Shown: piece by piece, positions 61,565 to 64,000 of the stretch | Position numbering within the stretch: position 1 is the stretch's first letter | How the letters are laid out: the number at the start of each line of letters is the position of its first letter | Source of the DNA: an uncultured Clostridia bacterium | GTDB lineage: Bacteria; Bacillota; Clostridia; Oscillospirales; UBA644 | Assembly (NCBI GenBank): GCA_947305805.1 | Contig: CAMZEM010000001.1 | Span: 1,172-65,171, forward strand | Length of the DNA stretch: 64,000 nt | Reading direction: 5' to 3' | Position numbers and translations under genes: made by a program | Notes under the pieces: model-generated | Seen by the model: only the letters and a program-made list of their open reading frames with translations | Told to the model about the DNA's origin: nothing | Databases searched by the model: none

Positions 61565-62287
61565 TTAGTTGCCGCCAAGCACGTACATAAGTATTCCCGC
61601 CGCCGTTGCCGCATTGAGCGACTCTACGTTTTTTATCGGTATAAAAAACGTTTCGTCGCAGCTTTCCGCAACCGATTCGGACATTCCTCTGCCCTCGCTG
61701 CCTATAACGAGAGCCGTTTTTCCGTCCGCTTTTTTCGGCGCAACGGCTTTTTTGTCAAGCGCCGAGCCGCAAACGGTATACCCTTCGCTTTTCAGATACG
61801 GTATATACTCCGCAAGATCCCGTCTTTCAACGAACGCACCGCAAAGCGCCCCCGCCGTTGAACGGACCGCCTTGGGCAGAAACGGGTTTGCCGTACCCCC
61901 GCCGCAAATAACGCCGAATCCGAATGCGTGTGCCGTGCGTATCATGGTGCCCACGTTGCCCGGATCCTGTATTCCGTCTAAAAGAAGCAGCTTTTCGGGC
62001 AGAGGCGAGTCGCCTTTTTTAACAACGGCAACAATCCTCGATTTTGACGTTTCGCACGAAAGCTTTTTCAGCACGCTTTCGCTTACCTCGAAGCATTCCG
62101 CGCCGGTTTTTTCAAACTTTTCGCATACGGCGCGGTCGGTTGAAAATATTTTTAATATGTTTTTCGGGTCCGTATCGCCTATAAACTTTTCGCCTTCTAT
62201 TAAAAAAGCGTCTTTCGTTCCCTCGGTTTTAAGAGCCGATATCTGCATAACCGTGGGGTTTTTTATGCTTGAAATATTTTTTATCAT
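61565..62287 (-). CDS. SpoU/TrmH family RNA 2'-O-methyltransferase (RlmB-like)
   Basis: 240 aa. Motifs LLLDGIQDPGNVGTMIRTA, LVIGSEGRGMS and IPIKNVESLNAATAAGILMY. Confidence 0.8.
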   Translation of the reverse strand: MIKNISSIKNPTVMQISALKTEGTKDAFLIEGEKFIGDTDPKNILKIFSTDRAVCEKFEKTGAECFEVSESVLKKLSCETSKSRIVAVVKKGDSPLPEKLLLLDGIQDPGNVGTMIRTAHAFGFGVICGGGTANPFLPKAVRSTAGALCGAFVERRDLAEYIPYLKSEGYTVCGSALDKKAVAPKKADGKTALVIGSEGRGMSESVAESCDETFFIPIKNVESLNAATAAGILMYVLGGN

Positions 62288-62288
62288 A

Positions 62289-62939
62289 CTATTTCGTCAG
62301 TTTTTTGATGTCTGCGTCCGAGCCGATAACAACGAGAAGCCTGCCTTTTTCGAGCGGTTTTGTGGGATTTGGGAAAACGTCTATATATCCCGAGTCGGCG
62401 TCTTTTACCGCCACTACGTTTATGCCGTATTTCTTTCTTATGTCAAGCTCCGTAAGCGTTTTATCCGCCCATTCCTCCGGCATTTTTATCTCCATAATAG
62501 CATATTTGTCCGAAAGAGGGATAAAATCGAGGACGTTTGACGACACAAGCCCCTGAGCGAGCTTTTCGCCGAAATCCGCCTCGGGAAAGACTACTCTGTC
62601 CGCGCCTATCTGACCGAGCACCTTTGCGTGAAGCGCGCTTTTCGCCTTTGCAACAACGGTGGCGACGCCGAGCGATTTGAGAGCTGACGTTATCATTATG
62701 CTCGCCTCAATGTTTTCGGATATTGCAACAACGGCGCAGTCGCAGTTTTTAACTCCCAGCGCGCGCAGCACCTTTTCGTCCGTGCAGTCTCCTGCCGCCG
62801 CCTGCGTTACGTAATCGCTCATATCTTCAACAATCGCCATGTTTTTGTCTATCGCCAGCACCTCCGCGCCTAGCGCGCCGAGTTTTTTTGCAAGACTGCT
62901 GCCGAAACGGCCGAGTCCTATAACGGCAAACGATTTCAT
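62289..62939 (-). CDS. trkA: Trk/Ktr potassium uptake system, NAD-binding peripheral subunit
   Basis: 216 aa. VIGLGRFG Rossmann motif with TrkA-N plus TrkA-C organisation. Confidence 0.85.
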   Translation of the reverse strand: MKSFAVIGLGRFGSSLAKKLGALGAEVLAIDKNMAIVEDMSDYVTQAAAGDCTDEKVLRALGVKNCDCAVVAISENIEASIMITSALKSLGVATVVAKAKSALHAKVLGQIGADRVVFPEADFGEKLAQGLVSSNVLDFIPLSDKYAIMEIKMPEEWADKTLTELDIRKKYGINVVAVKDADSGYIDVFPNPTKPLEKGRLLVVIGSDADIKKLTK

Positions 62940-62964
62940 TTTTTATCCTCCCAAAACCGAAAAA

Positions 62965-64000
62965 TTATCCTATCGTGATTTTTGCCTCGGGGTATTTAAC
63001 TCCGCTTTCCGCCGCCGCCTGCCTGTTGAAAAGAGCAACGGAAGCCGTTAAAAGTCCGATACGGCCGAGGAACATAAGTATCATTAAAAGCGTAAGCGAT
63101 ACCGCCGAAAGAGACGGCGTAATACCGAGAGTAAGTCCTACCGTGCAGAACGCCGAAACGCACTCGAAAAGCGACGATATAAACGGAATATTCTCAACCA
63201 CCGCTATCGTGAACGAAGAAACAAGCAGTATGATCACGGAAAGAAAAACAAGCGCAAACGCGCGAAGCACGGTATCCTGAGGTATCCGCTTTTTCATCAC
63301 AACCGCCTCTTTGCGTCCGCGGAAAACCGATACGGCGGCAAAAAACAGCACGGCAACCGTATTCGTTTTAATGCCGCCCGCGGTAGAGCCCGAAGAGCCG
63401 CCTATAAACATTAAAATTATCATTATTATCTGCGAAGGTTCTCTCAGCGAGCCGAGGGGGACGGTGTTAAAGCCCGCGGTTCTCGGCGTTACCGACTGAA
63501 ACAGCGCCGCAAGCGTCTTTCCCTTAAAAGAAAGCGGGCCGAGCGTTTCGGGGTTTGCAAATTCGAATATAAACATCGAAACGGCTCCGAGAAGAATAAG
63601 CGCGCCCGAAAAAAGAATGACTGTTTTGGACTGCAGCGACATTTTCGAGAATTTCTTTCCCGAAAAAATCTCCTGCCATACAAGAAAACCGAGACCGCCG
63701 ATTACTATAAGCATAATAATCGTTAAATTTACGGTCGTGTCTTCCGCATAATGCGTAAGCGACGAAAACTCGCCGTGAATTCCCATTAAGTCAAAGCCCG
63801 CATTGCAAAAAGCGGATATCGAAACGAATACTCCGCGCCATATTCCGCCCGCAACGCCGTATTCGGGTATAAATCTGAAAGACAGAACTACGGCAGCCGC
63901 GCCTTCAAACGAAAACGTTCCCGCAAGAATAAGCTTTACGAGCTTTATTACGCCGGCCGTTTCGCTTAAATTGAAATTCTGCGCGAGCATAAGCCGCTCT
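62965..64000 (-). CDS. trkH: Trk/Ktr potassium transporter membrane subunit (5' end outside the window)
   Basis: The frame stays open to the window edge upstream of the first in-window Met (63990). Polytopic, with TAGFNTV and GGSSGSTAGGIK selectivity-filter-like motifs. Confidence 0.8.
   Translation of the reverse strand, partial: ERLMLAQNFNLSETAGVIKLVKLILAGTFSFEGAAAVVLSFRFIPEYGVAGGIWRGVFVSISAFCNAGFDLMGIHGEFSSLTHYAEDTTVNLTIIMLIVIGGLGFLVWQEIFSGKKFSKMSLQSKTVILFSGALILLGAVSMFIFEFANPETLGPLSFKGKTLAALFQSVTPRTAGFNTVPLGSLREPSQIIMIILMFIGGSSGSTAGGIKTNTVAVLFFAAVSVFRGRKEAVVMKKRIPQDTVLRAFALVFLSVIILLVSSFTIAVVENIPFISSLFECVSAFCTVGLTLGITPSLSAVSLTLLMILMFLGRIGLLTASVALFNRQAAAESGVKYPEAKITIG

Noticed and set aside
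61569-62540. 323-aa plus-strand ORF
   Set aside because: It lies antisense to the SpoU methyltransferase and trkA genes, both with clear motifs. Its product is S/F/P-rich with no start signals.

Overview
This is a 64-kb chromosomal segment with Clostridia-like gene content: reverse rubrerythrin, secDF, ruvABC, plsX-acp-rnc and dprA-topA-trmFO synteny, with strong Gram-positive Shine-Dalgarno (SD) sites. I call about 55 CDSs. I found no rRNA, tRNA, CRISPR array, transposase or integrase. Most of the window is housekeeping: fba, galE, aconitase, smpB, purB, an Asp/Asn block (aminotransferase, asnS, asnA), murC, trkAH, plus GH31 and GH35 glycosidases.

The best candidate for an undescribed system is the 17-kb minus-strand locus at 28.9-46.0 kb. 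It has two parts.
- (a) A tightly coupled eight-gene operon (45920 to 33817) runs from a perfect consensus promoter. It encodes a 968-aa CBM-like/solute-binding fusion protein, two complete ABC permease pairs, a tail-anchored NHL/TPR protein, a Yip1-like membrane protein and a 992-aa lipoprotein. It has no ATPase, no regulator and no glycoside hydrolase family I can name.
- (b) A separately transcribed 1375-aa secreted helical protein has FIVAR-like C-terminal repeats and strong expression-type codon bias.

Other points of interest:
- A dispersed family of ATGAATTG-punctuated mini-hairpin arrays (20856-20945 and 33606-33766).
- An acyl-carrier-protein homolog at the canonical plsX-acp-rnc position whose phosphopantetheine serine is replaced by Glu.
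- An AT-rich DpnII/MboI-type (GATC) M-R-M restriction-modification island (51.0-53.6 kb).
- An AT-rich ORFan islet (10.6-11.8 kb).
- A zinc-ribbon/poly-Q/DUF805 protein.

All calls come from reading the sequence and ORF translations. No database search or numerical composition calculation was run. Family names are recognised from motifs and memory.
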